Shown here: one piece after another, positions 19,683 through 29,207 of the stretch | Layout: each line of letters opens with the position of its first letter | Numbering within the stretch: position 1 is the stretch's first letter | Program-made: the position numbers and the translations under genes | NCBI GenBank assembly: GCA_034520665.1 | Contig: JAXHNJ010000001.1 | Coordinates: forward strand, 194,579-258,578 | Source: Patescibacteria group bacterium | GTDB lineage: Bacteria > Patescibacteriota > Patescibacteriia > JAXHNJ01 | Direction: 5' to 3' | DNA: 64,000 nucleotides | The notes under the pieces: model-generated | The model's input: the letters and a program-made list of their open reading frames with translations, nothing else | What the model was told of the DNA's origin: nothing | Databases searched by the model: none

Positions 19683-21962
19683 TTATAGATTTATAGTAAT
19701 TTCAAATAGTTTAGAGCTGGCCAGGAGGAAGGCTTTACTATTATCTTCGTCAACCGAAAAATCTTTTAAGTCATTAAATTGGTCAGAAAAATATTGGTTA
19801 ACTAGGTTACCTTGTTTATCAAACTGAACCAATCTTTTATTTTGATTATCTAAAATATAAATATAATTTGAGTCTTCACTGGTCCAGACTTTCTCAGCTG
19901 AAGATAAAGCTGGGTCAATAATATCTAACGAGAAATCTTGTTCATAGCCCTGAAAGAGTTCAAGCAATTGGCCGTTTGATTTTAGTAAATATATTGAGCC
20001 GTCAATAACCAGAGAAACCCCGTCTTGTATATTTAAATCCGGATCTCTGATCCAAGCCGTGCTCGGACCAAAGCCAACTGTGCCGCGTTGGTGGCGATAA
20101 ATTTGGTTTGACTGACTATCTAGATAATAAAAGCGTGAGCGGTAAACAGCTAAATCTTGTACATTCATATTTTCTTGCGGAAAATCAATAGTTAAAGGTG
20201 TCAGTACCCCGGTATTTTTATTAAGCTCAACCATACCTGGATTATTATCATAGAGTAGGACCGTGGAGGTAGTTTCCTGGACCATTTTTTGAAACTGACC
20301 AATATCCGTTAAGTTATTTTCAATGGTAATTACTTCGTTGCGGGTTAAATCAATTTCGTAAATATTATTATTAGCATTAATTAAATAGGCAAAGTCTCCA
20401 GCTTGAACCAGAGAGCTGACCGGAGAATAATTTTCTAATTCAGAAAAATCTTTTTTTAGTATAGGATTATCCACATTAACCACGTGAAGTGTTTTTTGGT
20501 ATTCTTTTTCAATTCCGGTTTCTAATTCAGAATAAGTGGCCTTTTCTTCCTTGGATTTATTAGGCAGCTGGGCCAACAAGTCACGAGCCTGACCAAGAAG
20601 TTCTTTAGCTCCTCGCTCATCTTCATAGCTTAAAGCAGCTCCAGCCTCAAAGGTTAAGTCTTGGATTTGCCTGATTATTTCGGCTTCTCTTTCGGCTGAT
20701 AATTTATTGTCATTCTGCCAGCCCAGGTAAACTATACTAGTGGCAAAAATAAAAAGTATTATCAAGGCAATGATCAGAGTTTTCTGAGCTTTTTTGGGAA
20801 GACGGCGAAAACGGAAAATGCCGCTGTGAATTTTACTCTCAGTTTTTTCTGGAATTTCTTTGAGTTTATTTTTAATAGTTTTAGGTTTTCTAAAAAGATT
20901 AAACAAAGCCCAGAAAAGACTGGCTAATCCCTGAGCTAGCCATTTTATACCTTTTGATAGGTAATTAAAAATATTTTTTAAATAATTTTTACCTGGCTTG
21001 GGTTTTTTTATCTTTTTTTCAGGAGAGTAGTATGAAGAATCCGGCAAAGATCTTTTAGGCCCTTTTTTTAGCACTTTTTTACGGTAAATACTACCTAAGA
21101 CGGAAAAACTTTTTTTTATTGATTTAAAGAATTTAGGAAAAACTGAGGGTGAAAGATACTCTGAAGTTTTTTCTTCTTGACTTCTCAAATCCTGCATAGA
21201 AGCCTGAGGTGGGGTATATGAAGAGGAAAGAGCTGTATCGGAAGGACGACGAGATATATCTTTCTGCTCGGGCAGTTTTTCCGGGGTTGGTACCAGCTTG
21301 GAGACAATAGCGCCAAAAGAAGTGGCCGCATTGGCTTCAAGAAGAATTTTTTCCAGTTCTTTTGTTGAGTCAGAAGGTAAAGTATTAGAAATCACTCTTT
21401 TTAATTTTTCCTGCGAGAAATAATCAAGAAGAGAGGTAGTGCAGAAAAGAAGCTGATCTCCGGGATTAACATTACCTTCAATGATATTGGAAAATATTTT
21501 TAAAGGATTTATTTTTGCCCGTGGTTGTGAAGTTTTGGTAATGATATCAATAATTTTATCGCGGTGAATTAAAAAAGCATGAATACGGCCGATATGAGCT
21601 AAATATATTCTGGTACCGTGAATAACAGCAATAATAATATTAAACTTATCCAACCAGTTAGTGATGCCTTCGGAAATAATATGGTGCAGAGCTTGATTAG
21701 TTTTCGACAAAGCATTTTCAAAAGCGGCCTCAACATTTGTCTCCTCAGAATAATAAAAATGATTCTTTAGTTCTTGCTGAATAATATTTATGATCTCCTG
21801 GTTTATTTTTTCTTCAGAATCAATTTCACATATAACAAAGAGGCGTCCCAGATTTTTTTCTTCCAAAGGAGTGGGGCGTGATAAGAAAATATGAGTAGTA
21901 CTCCGGGATTTATCCGGATCATAAATTAGTAATTGGTCAACTTCGGCTTTAGCTTTTGACAT
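19683..21962 (-). CDS. Membrane protein with PP2C-like N-domain and beta-propeller-like C-domain
   Basis: N-terminal PP2C-like pattern, central TM, repeated (Y/F)xLD beta-blades. Confidence 0.6.
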   Translation of the reverse strand: MSKAKAEVDQLLIYDPDKSRSTTHIFLSRPTPLEEKNLGRLFVICEIDSEEKINQEIINIIQQELKNHFYYSEETNVEAAFENALSKTNQALHHIISEGITNWLDKFNIIIAVIHGTRIYLAHIGRIHAFLIHRDKIIDIITKTSQPRAKINPLKIFSNIIEGNVNPGDQLLFCTTSLLDYFSQEKLKRVISNTLPSDSTKELEKILLEANAATSFGAIVSKLVPTPEKLPEQKDISRRPSDTALSSSYTPPQASMQDLRSQEEKTSEYLSPSVFPKFFKSIKKSFSVLGSIYRKKVLKKGPKRSLPDSSYYSPEKKIKKPKPGKNYLKNIFNYLSKGIKWLAQGLASLFWALFNLFRKPKTIKNKLKEIPEKTESKIHSGIFRFRRLPKKAQKTLIIALIILFIFATSIVYLGWQNDNKLSAEREAEIIRQIQDLTFEAGAALSYEDERGAKELLGQARDLLAQLPNKSKEEKATYSELETGIEKEYQKTLHVVNVDNPILKKDFSELENYSPVSSLVQAGDFAYLINANNNIYEIDLTRNEVITIENNLTDIGQFQKMVQETTSTVLLYDNNPGMVELNKNTGVLTPLTIDFPQENMNVQDLAVYRSRFYYLDSQSNQIYRHQRGTVGFGPSTAWIRDPDLNIQDGVSLVIDGSIYLLKSNGQLLELFQGYEQDFSLDIIDPALSSAEKVWTSEDSNYIYILDNQNKRLVQFDKQGNLVNQYFSDQFNDLKDFSVDEDNSKAFLLASSKLFEITINL

Positions 21963-22040
21963 AATTTAGACTTATTATTTGCTGCTTTTTACTAAATATA
22001 TTATACTATATATATAAATAATTGATAAGGGGTCTAAAAT

Positions 22041-22604
22041 ATGCTTGAACAATTATTTAGTTCAAGAACCAGAGTCAAGTTGATAAAACTTTTTATGCTC
22101 AATGAAGAGGAGTCTTATTTTATTCGTGAAATTTCTCGCAAAATAAAAGAGCATATAAATTCAGTGCGGCGTGAGTTGAATAACTTAGAATCAGTAGATT
22201 TAATCAACTCTTCCGGTCAGGGACAGAAAAAATACTATCAGGTTAATTCTGAGCATGTCATTTTTCCGGAATTAAAGTCTATGGTTTTTAAGTCTCAGAT
22301 TTTTATGGAAAAAAGTTTTATCAAAAAAATACAAAAATCCGGACGGATAAAACTGCTTATCTTAACTGGTTTTTTTGCCGGGCAGGAAAATAACATTACT
22401 GATATTTTAATTGTCGGCAGTATTAACCGTAAAAAATTAAAAAGTCTGGTTAAAAAATTTCAAAAGAAAATTGACCACCCTCTTCATTACACTATTATGA
22501 CTAATAAAGAATTTGAATACAGAAATAATTTAACAGACAAATTTTTATTTAATATTTTAGAGGGTAAAAAGATAGTTTTAGTGGATAAGATTGATGCCAG
22601 CTAA
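22041..22604 (+). CDS. Winged-helix transcriptional regulator with nucleotidyltransferase-like C-domain
   Basis: LFSSRTRVKL...IREI.R..EHINSVRRELNNL; DILIVG. Confidence 0.75.
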   Translation: MLEQLFSSRTRVKLIKLFMLNEEESYFIREISRKIKEHINSVRRELNNLESVDLINSSGQGQKKYYQVNSEHVIFPELKSMVFKSQIFMEKSFIKKIQKSGRIKLLILTGFFAGQENNITDILIVGSINRKKLKSLVKKFQKKIDHPLHYTIMTNKEFEYRNNLTDKFLFNILEGKKIVLVDKIDAS

Positions 22605-23127
22605 AAATAAAAATAAATTATACTTAATAGCTCACAATATCCGCTCACTTCATAATGTCGGTTCTCTTTTTAGAACCGCCGATGGTGCCGGAGTGGATAA
22701 AATTATTTTATCCGGTTATACGGGCTCACCGCCGTGCCAAAAAATCAGCAAAGTAGCTTTAGGAGCTGAGGAAAATGTACCTTTTGAAAAAACAGAAGAT
22801 ATTAATTCTTATATTAAAGACTTAAAAAAGCAAGGCTTTAAAATCATAGCCTTAGAAACTAAATCTCAAGGTAAAAATATATATAAATTTAAGCCCAAAT
22901 TCCCTCTAGCCTTGCTTATTGGCCATGAAAAAAGGGGATTACCGGCCGAGATATTAGAGTTAGCTGACCAAATACTGGAAATACCAATGAGAGGTCAGAA
23001 AAAGTCATTAAACGTGGCCGTGGCGGCTGGAGTGGCTCTTTATCAGATATTGAGGGATTGTCACCCTTCGGGTGATCCGCCTTGTCTGCCACAGGCAGGC
23101 TCTGGCGGAAGATATCTAGATATTTAG
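22591..23127 (+). CDS. TrmH/SpoU family RNA methyltransferase
   Basis: NIRSLHNVGSLFRTAD, GHE..GL, IPMRG.KKSLNVAVA. Confidence 0.9.
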   Translation: MMPAKNKNKLYLIAHNIRSLHNVGSLFRTADGAGVDKIILSGYTGSPPCQKISKVALGAEENVPFEKTEDINSYIKDLKKQGFKIIALETKSQGKNIYKFKPKFPLALLIGHEKRGLPAEILELADQILEIPMRGQKKSLNVAVAAGVALYQILRDCHPSGDPPCLPQAGSGGRYLDI

Positions 23128-23153
23128 TGATTAAGATAAATTAATTTAATTAT

Positions 23154-23735
23154 ATGACAAAGTTTATTTTCCATGGTGGGGAAACAAAAGTAAAAAATGT
23201 TCATAACCAAAATTATTTTAACGAAATAGTCAAGGGCTTAAAATCACCGGTAAAAGGGCTGGAAATTCCTTTTGCCAGACAAAGAGATAAATGGCAAAGT
23301 GGAGTTTTACGTGATAAAAAAAAGTTCCAGAGAAATCTTAAAGATAATAAAAAAGTTGAATTAGATTTAGCTAGTGAAAAATCTTCAATTCTACGTCAGC
23401 AAATTAAAAAAGCCGAGGTGGTTTTTATTATTGGCGGCTTGGAGATGAAGTGTTTAAAAGAAAATCTGAAAAAAATAAAAGATTTTAAGCAATTAATTAA
23501 AGGAAAAGTAGTGGCTGGTTCATCAGCTGGAGCTTATGTTTTAAGTCAGTATTATTATACTCATGGCCGAGCCAGGGTAGAGGAAGGCCTGGGAATTTTG
23601 CCAGTAAAAACAATAGCTCACTATGAAAAAGAAAAAGATAAAGGTAATCTAAAAAAATTATCGGAAAAAAACGGCCAATTAAAAATTATCAAAATACCAG
23701 AAACACAATATGTGGTTATAAATAAAGTATTATGA
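23154..23735 (+). CDS. Peptidase S51/type 1 glutamine amidotransferase-like protein
   Basis: FIIGG, GSSAGA nucleophile motif, GLG, AHY. Confidence 0.75.
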   Translation: MTKFIFHGGETKVKNVHNQNYFNEIVKGLKSPVKGLEIPFARQRDKWQSGVLRDKKKFQRNLKDNKKVELDLASEKSSILRQQIKKAEVVFIIGGLEMKCLKENLKKIKDFKQLIKGKVVAGSSAGAYVLSQYYYTHGRARVEEGLGILPVKTIAHYEKEKDKGNLKKLSEKNGQLKIIKIPETQYVVINKVL

Positions 23736-24511
23736 GAAAAGAAGTTTTATTTAAGAATAATTTAAATCAAAAACTAGTCGGTGATTTATATCTGCCAAAG
23801 AATATTAATAAACCGCCGGTAATTATTGTAATGCACGGATATCAAGGAGGGAGAAAGGGGATAGCAAGGCTAGCCGCAGATTTTGCCTTAAAAAAAGGAT
23901 TTGCAGTTCTTGCCTTTGATCGCTCGGGTCATGGGGAAAGTCAGGGGGATTATAGTCAATACACTGTTTCCCAGGGAGCTAATGATTTGAAGTCATCGGT
24001 TAATTTTCTTTTGAATAATAATCAAGTTGATATTAATAGAATCGGTCTAATGGCTACATCCGGTTCTGCTTATGAGGCTATTATTTATAGTTCACAAAAT
24101 AACAATCATTTGAAATCTTTAGTATTATCAGTACCAGTAACTAATTATAAAAAAATTGGGGCGGGCCATCCGGAATTTTTACCGGAAAATTTAAATAAAT
24201 GGCAAGATAAAGGGGTAATTCGGGGAGAAGATAAAAATTTTCCCGGTCTAAAATATAAATTTGTCGAAGATTTTGAAAAATATAATCTTTTCAATTTAGC
24301 TAAGAAAATTAATATACCCACTCTGGTGCATTATGCAGAAAAAGATTCTATTATTTCGGAAGCAAAAAAAGATTCAAAAATATTATATAAAAATCTTTCA
24401 GCGCAAGAAAAAAATATTTTTGGTACACCGACTGACCATGGCTATCATAAAACGGATTTAAGAGAGGACATATTTGAAAGATTTTTTAGGTGGTTTAAAA
24501 AGTATTTATGA
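23732..24511 (+). CDS. Alpha/beta hydrolase
   Basis: MHGY, FDRSGHGES.G, atypical ATSGSA elbow, D...H. Confidence 0.8.
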   Translation: MRKEVLFKNNLNQKLVGDLYLPKNINKPPVIIVMHGYQGGRKGIARLAADFALKKGFAVLAFDRSGHGESQGDYSQYTVSQGANDLKSSVNFLLNNNQVDINRIGLMATSGSAYEAIIYSSQNNNHLKSLVLSVPVTNYKKIGAGHPEFLPENLNKWQDKGVIRGEDKNFPGLKYKFVEDFEKYNLFNLAKKINIPTLVHYAEKDSIISEAKKDSKILYKNLSAQEKNIFGTPTDHGYHKTDLREDIFERFFRWFKKYL

Positions 24512-25725
24512 GAAAAGAATTTTTTATAAAAAAACCGCCTTCGTATGGACTACGGCGGTCAAGTAAAAAAAGTCAGAGAATTCCCTGTGTTTTGTATTCT
24601 AAAGATAATAAAATAGATCCTAAGATACCGACTGTGATTTATTGCCACGGCTTTACCGGACACAAAGAAGAGCACTGGTATCCCAGGTTTTTTTCTTTGT
24701 TTCCTAAAAAGGACTATCAATTAGTGGCTTTTGATATGTACGCTCATGGCCAGAGTCAGGAGAAGTTTATTGATTTTACTTTATCTAAAGCCTTGTCTGA
24801 CTATAAAAGGGTTTATAATTACGTGGCCAACCAAGGCGTCAAAAGAATAGCTATAGCCGGGCATTCTCTGGGCGGTGCAGCCAGTATTTTAGTGGCTAAT
24901 GATTGGGATATTCATTGTTTAATCTTGCTTTCGCCGGTGACTGACCGTTTTTATTTTGAAAGGAATTTATTAAACACTAAAAAGAAAAAAAAATTTCTTA
25001 ATAAAATGAGTTTTTTTAAGTATACTGATTCAGTCGGTTTGGTTTTTAAGGTCGGGGACAAATTTTTTAAGGATTTTTTAAAACATAGAATAAGAAGAAA
25101 AGCTGCTAGAATAAAAAAGCCAATTCTATTAATTCACGCGGAAAAAGATAATTCAGTGCCTTTAAAAGAGGGTAAAGAATTGAATAAAACCTTTGATTTT
25201 GATATTACAGATTTTAAAATAATTAAAGGAGCGGATCATGGTTTTAAAGCGGCTAAATACCACAATCAGGTGATAAAACACTTTTTTAGGTGGACAGACA
25301 GATATCTTAAAAAGAGAATTGATGAGGTAGTGACCGTATTTATTAAAAGAGAGGACGGACGAATTTTACTTTTAAAAAGAAGCCAGAAATTGGGCACTTA
25401 TCAGGGTTTATGGTTTGGGGTTGGTGGTTATGTGGATGACCAAGAATCGCCAAGAAAGGCTGTTTTCCGGGAAATTAAAGAAGAGCTTAACTTAAATAAA
25501 GATAAAATTAAAATAATAAAAAAAGCCGCACCTTATCGATTTGATGATAAAAAGTATGATAAGGACTGGCGTATTCATACCTTTCTTTGTCAGGCCAAAT
25601 CAGGTAAAATAAAAACAGATTGGGAAGCTGATGAATACAAATGGGTCCAGCCAAAAGATATTCTAAAATATAAAACAGTGTCAATTACTAAAAAAGGATT
25701 AAAACAAGTTGGATTAATTAAATGA
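24508..25725 (+). CDS. Alpha/beta hydrolase-NUDIX fusion
   Basis: GHSLGG, D..VP, GADH followed by GGYVD..E....AVFREIKEE NUDIX box. Confidence 0.85.
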   Translation: MRKEFFIKKPPSYGLRRSSKKSQRIPCVLYSKDNKIDPKIPTVIYCHGFTGHKEEHWYPRFFSLFPKKDYQLVAFDMYAHGQSQEKFIDFTLSKALSDYKRVYNYVANQGVKRIAIAGHSLGGAASILVANDWDIHCLILLSPVTDRFYFERNLLNTKKKKKFLNKMSFFKYTDSVGLVFKVGDKFFKDFLKHRIRRKAARIKKPILLIHAEKDNSVPLKEGKELNKTFDFDITDFKIIKGADHGFKAAKYHNQVIKHFFRWTDRYLKKRIDEVVTVFIKREDGRILLLKRSQKLGTYQGLWFGVGGYVDDQESPRKAVFREIKEELNLNKDKIKIIKKAAPYRFDDKKYDKDWRIHTFLCQAKSGKIKTDWEADEYKWVQPKDILKYKTVSITKKGLKQVGLIK

Positions 25726-26135
25726 ATTTAATTATCAACACAGCCAATAGGAATAAAATAATCGTGGCTATTGGTGATAATAAAAATATTATTAAAGAAA
25801 GTTTAGAAACTAGTTTTCATGAATCAGAAAAACTTATTCCATTAATTAAAAAAGTTTTAAAAAAAGCGAAAAAGCAATTAAAGAAGATTAAAAAAATAAT
25901 TGTAGTCACTGGACCAGGGCCTTTTACTTCTTTGCGTATTGGCATCGGAGTGGCTAATGCTCTGGCTTTGAGTTTAAATATTGCAGTAGTTGGATTTAAA
26001 AAAGATGAATTTAAGAGTATCAAGGATTTGATCAAAAAGTCGGAAAACAAAAAATTAAAGAAAAATAATTTTGTTAAACCTTTTTATGATAAAAAACCGA
26101 ATATTACTAAACCGAAAAAACCATGGTTGAAATAA
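25722..26135 (+). CDS. tsaB: tRNA threonylcarbamoyladenosine biosynthesis protein TsaB (short form)
   Basis: GPGPFTSLRIG..ANAL; C-terminal P.Y...PNIT. Confidence 0.88.
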   Translation: MNLIINTANRNKIIVAIGDNKNIIKESLETSFHESEKLIPLIKKVLKKAKKQLKKIKKIIVVTGPGPFTSLRIGIGVANALALSLNIAVVGFKKDEFKSIKDLIKKSENKKLKKNNFVKPFYDKKPNITKPKKPWLK

Positions 26136-26740
26136 AACCCTTTATTTTAGGACCCTTGCAGAATAATTGTTTTGTAATAAATGATAAGAACAAAAAAGCA
26201 GCGATTATTGACCCAGGCTATCCCGAGGAAGAGTTAATATTTTATCTTAAAGATAATCAACTGGAGGTTAAATATATTTTGGTTACTCACGCTCATTTTG
26301 ATCATGTTTCATTTGTGCCGGAAATCAAAGAAACTACCGGAGCTAAAATTGCCATGGCTGCTAAAGAAATACCCTTGATTAAAGGCTCATATGAATGGGG
26401 CGGTTCAGGCATGGGTTATGAAGTGGATAATTTTAAGCCGGATGAATATTTAGAAGATGGTGATATTATAAAAGTGGGCTTAATGATTTTTAAAGTTATT
26501 TCAACACCAGGGCATTCGCCGGGTGGGGTTTCTTTTTATTTAACTAAAGAAAAGATTTTATTTTCCGGTGACACCTTGTTTGCTGGGACAGTTGGGAGGA
26601 CAGATCTGCCAGGCTCCAGTGAAAAAGTTCTCTGGCAGGGTATAAAAAAGAAAATTTTTACTCTACCGAAAGAGACCAGAATATTACCCGGACACGGACC
26701 CGAGACTAGTGTTGGGCAGGAAAAAGAATTACAGGGGTAA
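26123..26740 (+). CDS. MBL-fold metallo-hydrolase (glyoxalase II-like)
   Basis: THAHFDH, TPGHSPG, FSGDTLF, PGHG. Confidence 0.92.
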   Translation: MVEIKPFILGPLQNNCFVINDKNKKAAIIDPGYPEEELIFYLKDNQLEVKYILVTHAHFDHVSFVPEIKETTGAKIAMAAKEIPLIKGSYEWGGSGMGYEVDNFKPDEYLEDGDIIKVGLMIFKVISTPGHSPGGVSFYLTKEKILFSGDTLFAGTVGRTDLPGSSEKVLWQGIKKKIFTLPKETRILPGHGPETSVGQEKELQG

Positions 26741-27193
26741 TTATTAGGTTCTTTCTGTGGCCAGAATATTTAAGAAACAAGAGACAAGAAACAAGTAACA
26801 AAAAAATTCCAATTATCAATTTTTCAAACTTTAATAATTAAAACCTATTTGATAATTGAAACTTGAAATTTTATTATTGTTCGTATTATTGTTTCTTGTT
26901 TTTTTGTATCTTGAATAAAATTCTCAGACCCCAAATGCTAAAAGGCTATTGTTAGTAATTTTTTTTGCTTAGGAATATAAGATCTTTTTTTTAAAAAAAA
27001 TGTAATGTTTGAAAGGGGTAACTGGGGTTTTATTAAAATAAGAAAATATAAAAATATAATATAGCCCAGGCTTTTTTGGTCTGCGCTTTTTAATTTTACT
27101 TTAAAACAGAAGTTTTCTAATAATAACTACTTGCTTACACCCCTCACCTTTATAAAAGTGGGGGATTGACATATATGTGGAAAAGTATTGTGG

Positions 27194-27256
27194 TTGACAA
27201 ATAAACTATTGTGGGGTAAAATGGAAATGAGAGGTGAAAAGTGGATAAATGTGGGG
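27194..27256 (+). promoter_or_regulatory. mraZ promoter with 10-bp-phased MraZ-binding repeats
   Basis: TTGACA(27194)-17-TAAAAT; GTGG/ATGG/GAGG/GTGG/GTGG at 27211, 27221, 27231, 27241, 27251. Confidence 0.8.
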
Positions 27257-27340
27257 ATAAGTAATCATTTCTGTGGATAAGCCTTAGCGAACAACACTTT
27301 TCACTTAAATTATTAAAACTTTATTTTTTCCACAAATAAA

Positions 27341-27772
27341 ATGTTTATTGGCGAATATTATCATTCAACTGATCAAAAAGGCCGTCTGGCCATTCCCAAA
27401 AAATTCCGGAGTGATTTATCTAAGGGAGCAGTAGTGACCAGGGGATTGGACAAGTGTCTTTTTATATATACAAAAAAAGAGTGGCAAGCTTTAGCTGATA
27501 AGTTAGCTTCTTTACCTATATCTAAAGCTAACACTCGGGCCTTTGCTCGTTTAATGCTGGCCGGAGCTATGGAAGTGGGAGTGGATAAGCAGGGGCGAGT
27601 GCTTTTACCAGATTACTTAAGAAAATACGCCGGCATAAAAAAGCAGGTGGTAGTAGCCGGTCTCTATAATCGCATTGAAGTTTGGGATAAGTTAGCCTGG
27701 AATAAATATAAAACCAATACAGAAAAACAATCCAGCGATATCGCCGAGGCTTTAGAAGGATTAGGCGTTTAA
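27341..27772 (+). CDS. mraZ: Division/cell wall cluster repressor MraZ
   Basis: MFIGEY...DQKGRL.IP, DKQGRVLLP. Confidence 0.97.
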   Translation: MFIGEYYHSTDQKGRLAIPKKFRSDLSKGAVVTRGLDKCLFIYTKKEWQALADKLASLPISKANTRAFARLMLAGAMEVGVDKQGRVLLPDYLRKYAGIKKQVVVAGLYNRIEVWDKLAWNKYKTNTEKQSSDIAEALEGLGV

Positions 27773-27801
27773 AATACTTTTAAATTAAATTATTTCATTT
27801 T

Positions 27802-28764
27802 GTGCATATACCGGTTTTAAAAAACGAGGTTATAAGATACCTTGATTTAAAATCAGGTGATAATGTCATTGATTTAACAGTCGGTGGCGGGGGGCACGCG
27901 CGGCATATTTTGGCTAGAATAGCTCCGAAAGGAAAGCTGATTGGTTTGGACTGGGATAAAAAAGCCCTGAAAATAGCCAGGGAGAACCTGAAAAAATACA
28001 AAAAAAGAATTAACTTAATCCAGGCCAATTATAAACAAATAAAAAAAATAAAAAATGAACAGTTTAATCTACTTACAATTAATGCTATTTTACTCGACCT
28101 TGGTTTCTCATCAATTACACTCGAGGATAAATCTAGAGGATATTCTTTTCAAACTGATGGGCCACTAGATATGCGCTATAATCCGGCCGAAACCGAAAAA
28201 ACAGCCGCCGGAATATTAAACCATTACTCTCAAAGAAAATTATCTGAGGTGTTCAAAAAATTTGGTGAGGAAAAGTTAGCTGTTCCTATAGCCAGAGAAA
28301 TTGTAAAAAAAAGAAAAAAGAAAAAGTTTAAAACAACAAAAAATTTAGTACAGGCAATAATTAATACCTACAAAGATAAATATAATATAAATAAAAAAGA
28401 ACCTTTTATAAAAAGAAAAGATAAAATACATCCGGCTACTAAGGTTTTTCAAGCTCTGCGCCTTGAAGTTAATGACGAGTTGGATAATCTTAAAAAAGCT
28501 CTACCCCAAACTTTAGAAATTTTGGAAAAAGGAGGTAGACTGGGCGTAATTTCTTTTCATTCACTGGAAGACCGAATAGTTAAAAACTTTTTTAAAAAAG
28601 AGGCAAAAAAATGTATTTGCCCGCCGGAATTTCCGGTTTGTCGCTGTGGCCATGAAAAAAGCCTAAAGATTATAACTAAAAAGCCAGTTAGAGCTTCTGA
28701 AGAAGAAATCAAGAAAAACCCTAAAAGCCGCAGTGCTAAATTAAGGATAGCTGAAAAAATATAG
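27802..28764 (+). CDS. rsmH: 16S rRNA m4C1402 methyltransferase
   Basis: HIPVL, GGGGH, DLG.SS, PLDMR, FQALR, FHSLEDR. Confidence 0.97.
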   Translation: MHIPVLKNEVIRYLDLKSGDNVIDLTVGGGGHARHILARIAPKGKLIGLDWDKKALKIARENLKKYKKRINLIQANYKQIKKIKNEQFNLLTINAILLDLGFSSITLEDKSRGYSFQTDGPLDMRYNPAETEKTAAGILNHYSQRKLSEVFKKFGEEKLAVPIAREIVKKRKKKKFKTTKNLVQAIINTYKDKYNINKKEPFIKRKDKIHPATKVFQALRLEVNDELDNLKKALPQTLEILEKGGRLGVISFHSLEDRIVKNFFKKEAKKCICPPEFPVCRCGHEKSLKIITKKPVRASEEEIKKNPKSRSAKLRIAEKI

Positions 28765-28791
28765 AAAAAATAAATAAAGAGAAAAATAAAA

Positions 28792-29154
28792 ATGACAAAA
28801 TTTTCCCAGAAATTCCAAAGTCAGAGAAGATCTCGTCTGGCTAAACCGAGCTTTTTAAGTAAGCTAAAAATCAGCCGCCAAAAGCTGAGTGTGGCTTTAT
28901 TTTTATGTTTGATTATTACTGGCTTGGCCTATCTGGCAGTGATTAATAATGTTTCTATCCGAGGCTTTGAAATAAAAGAACTAGAAAAAAGAGTAGGGGA
29001 TTTAAAAGAAGAAAATAAAAATCTGGAAATGAAAACAGCTCAGCTGCAATCTATGGAGGTTATTGCCCAGGCTTCAAAAGGCTTAGACTTAGAGCTGGCA
29101 GAAAAAGTGGAGTATCTGGAAGTGAAAGCTCCCTTTGTGGTTTTGAAAGATTAA
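28792..29154 (+). CDS. ftsL: FtsL-like cell division protein
   Basis: Single TM plus coiled coil, located between rsmH and ftsI. Confidence 0.65.
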   Translation: MTKFSQKFQSQRRSRLAKPSFLSKLKISRQKLSVALFLCLIITGLAYLAVINNVSIRGFEIKELEKRVGDLKEENKNLEMKTAQLQSMEVIAQASKGLDLELAEKVEYLEVKAPFVVLKD

Positions 29155-29207
29155 CTTGTTTTTAAAGAATATTTCCGGTAAACTAAAATTTAATATTTTA
29201 ATTTTTT

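Noticed and set aside
23732-26135. Alternative genetic code 25 (TGA = Gly)
   Set aside because: TGA terminates several genes at ATGA overlaps and conserved genes are intact under code 11.
27272-27280. DnaA-box-like TGTGGATAA (also near 8545 and reversed near 45897)
   Set aside because: Isolated copies, no cluster and no dnaA; the 27272 copy fits the MraZ GTGG repeats better.
413-28028. Antisense and alternate-frame ORFs overlapping strong genes (e.g. 413, 2516, 3959, 14477, 18965, 27795)
   Set aside because: Shadow ORFs with no recognisable motifs, overlapping well-supported genes.
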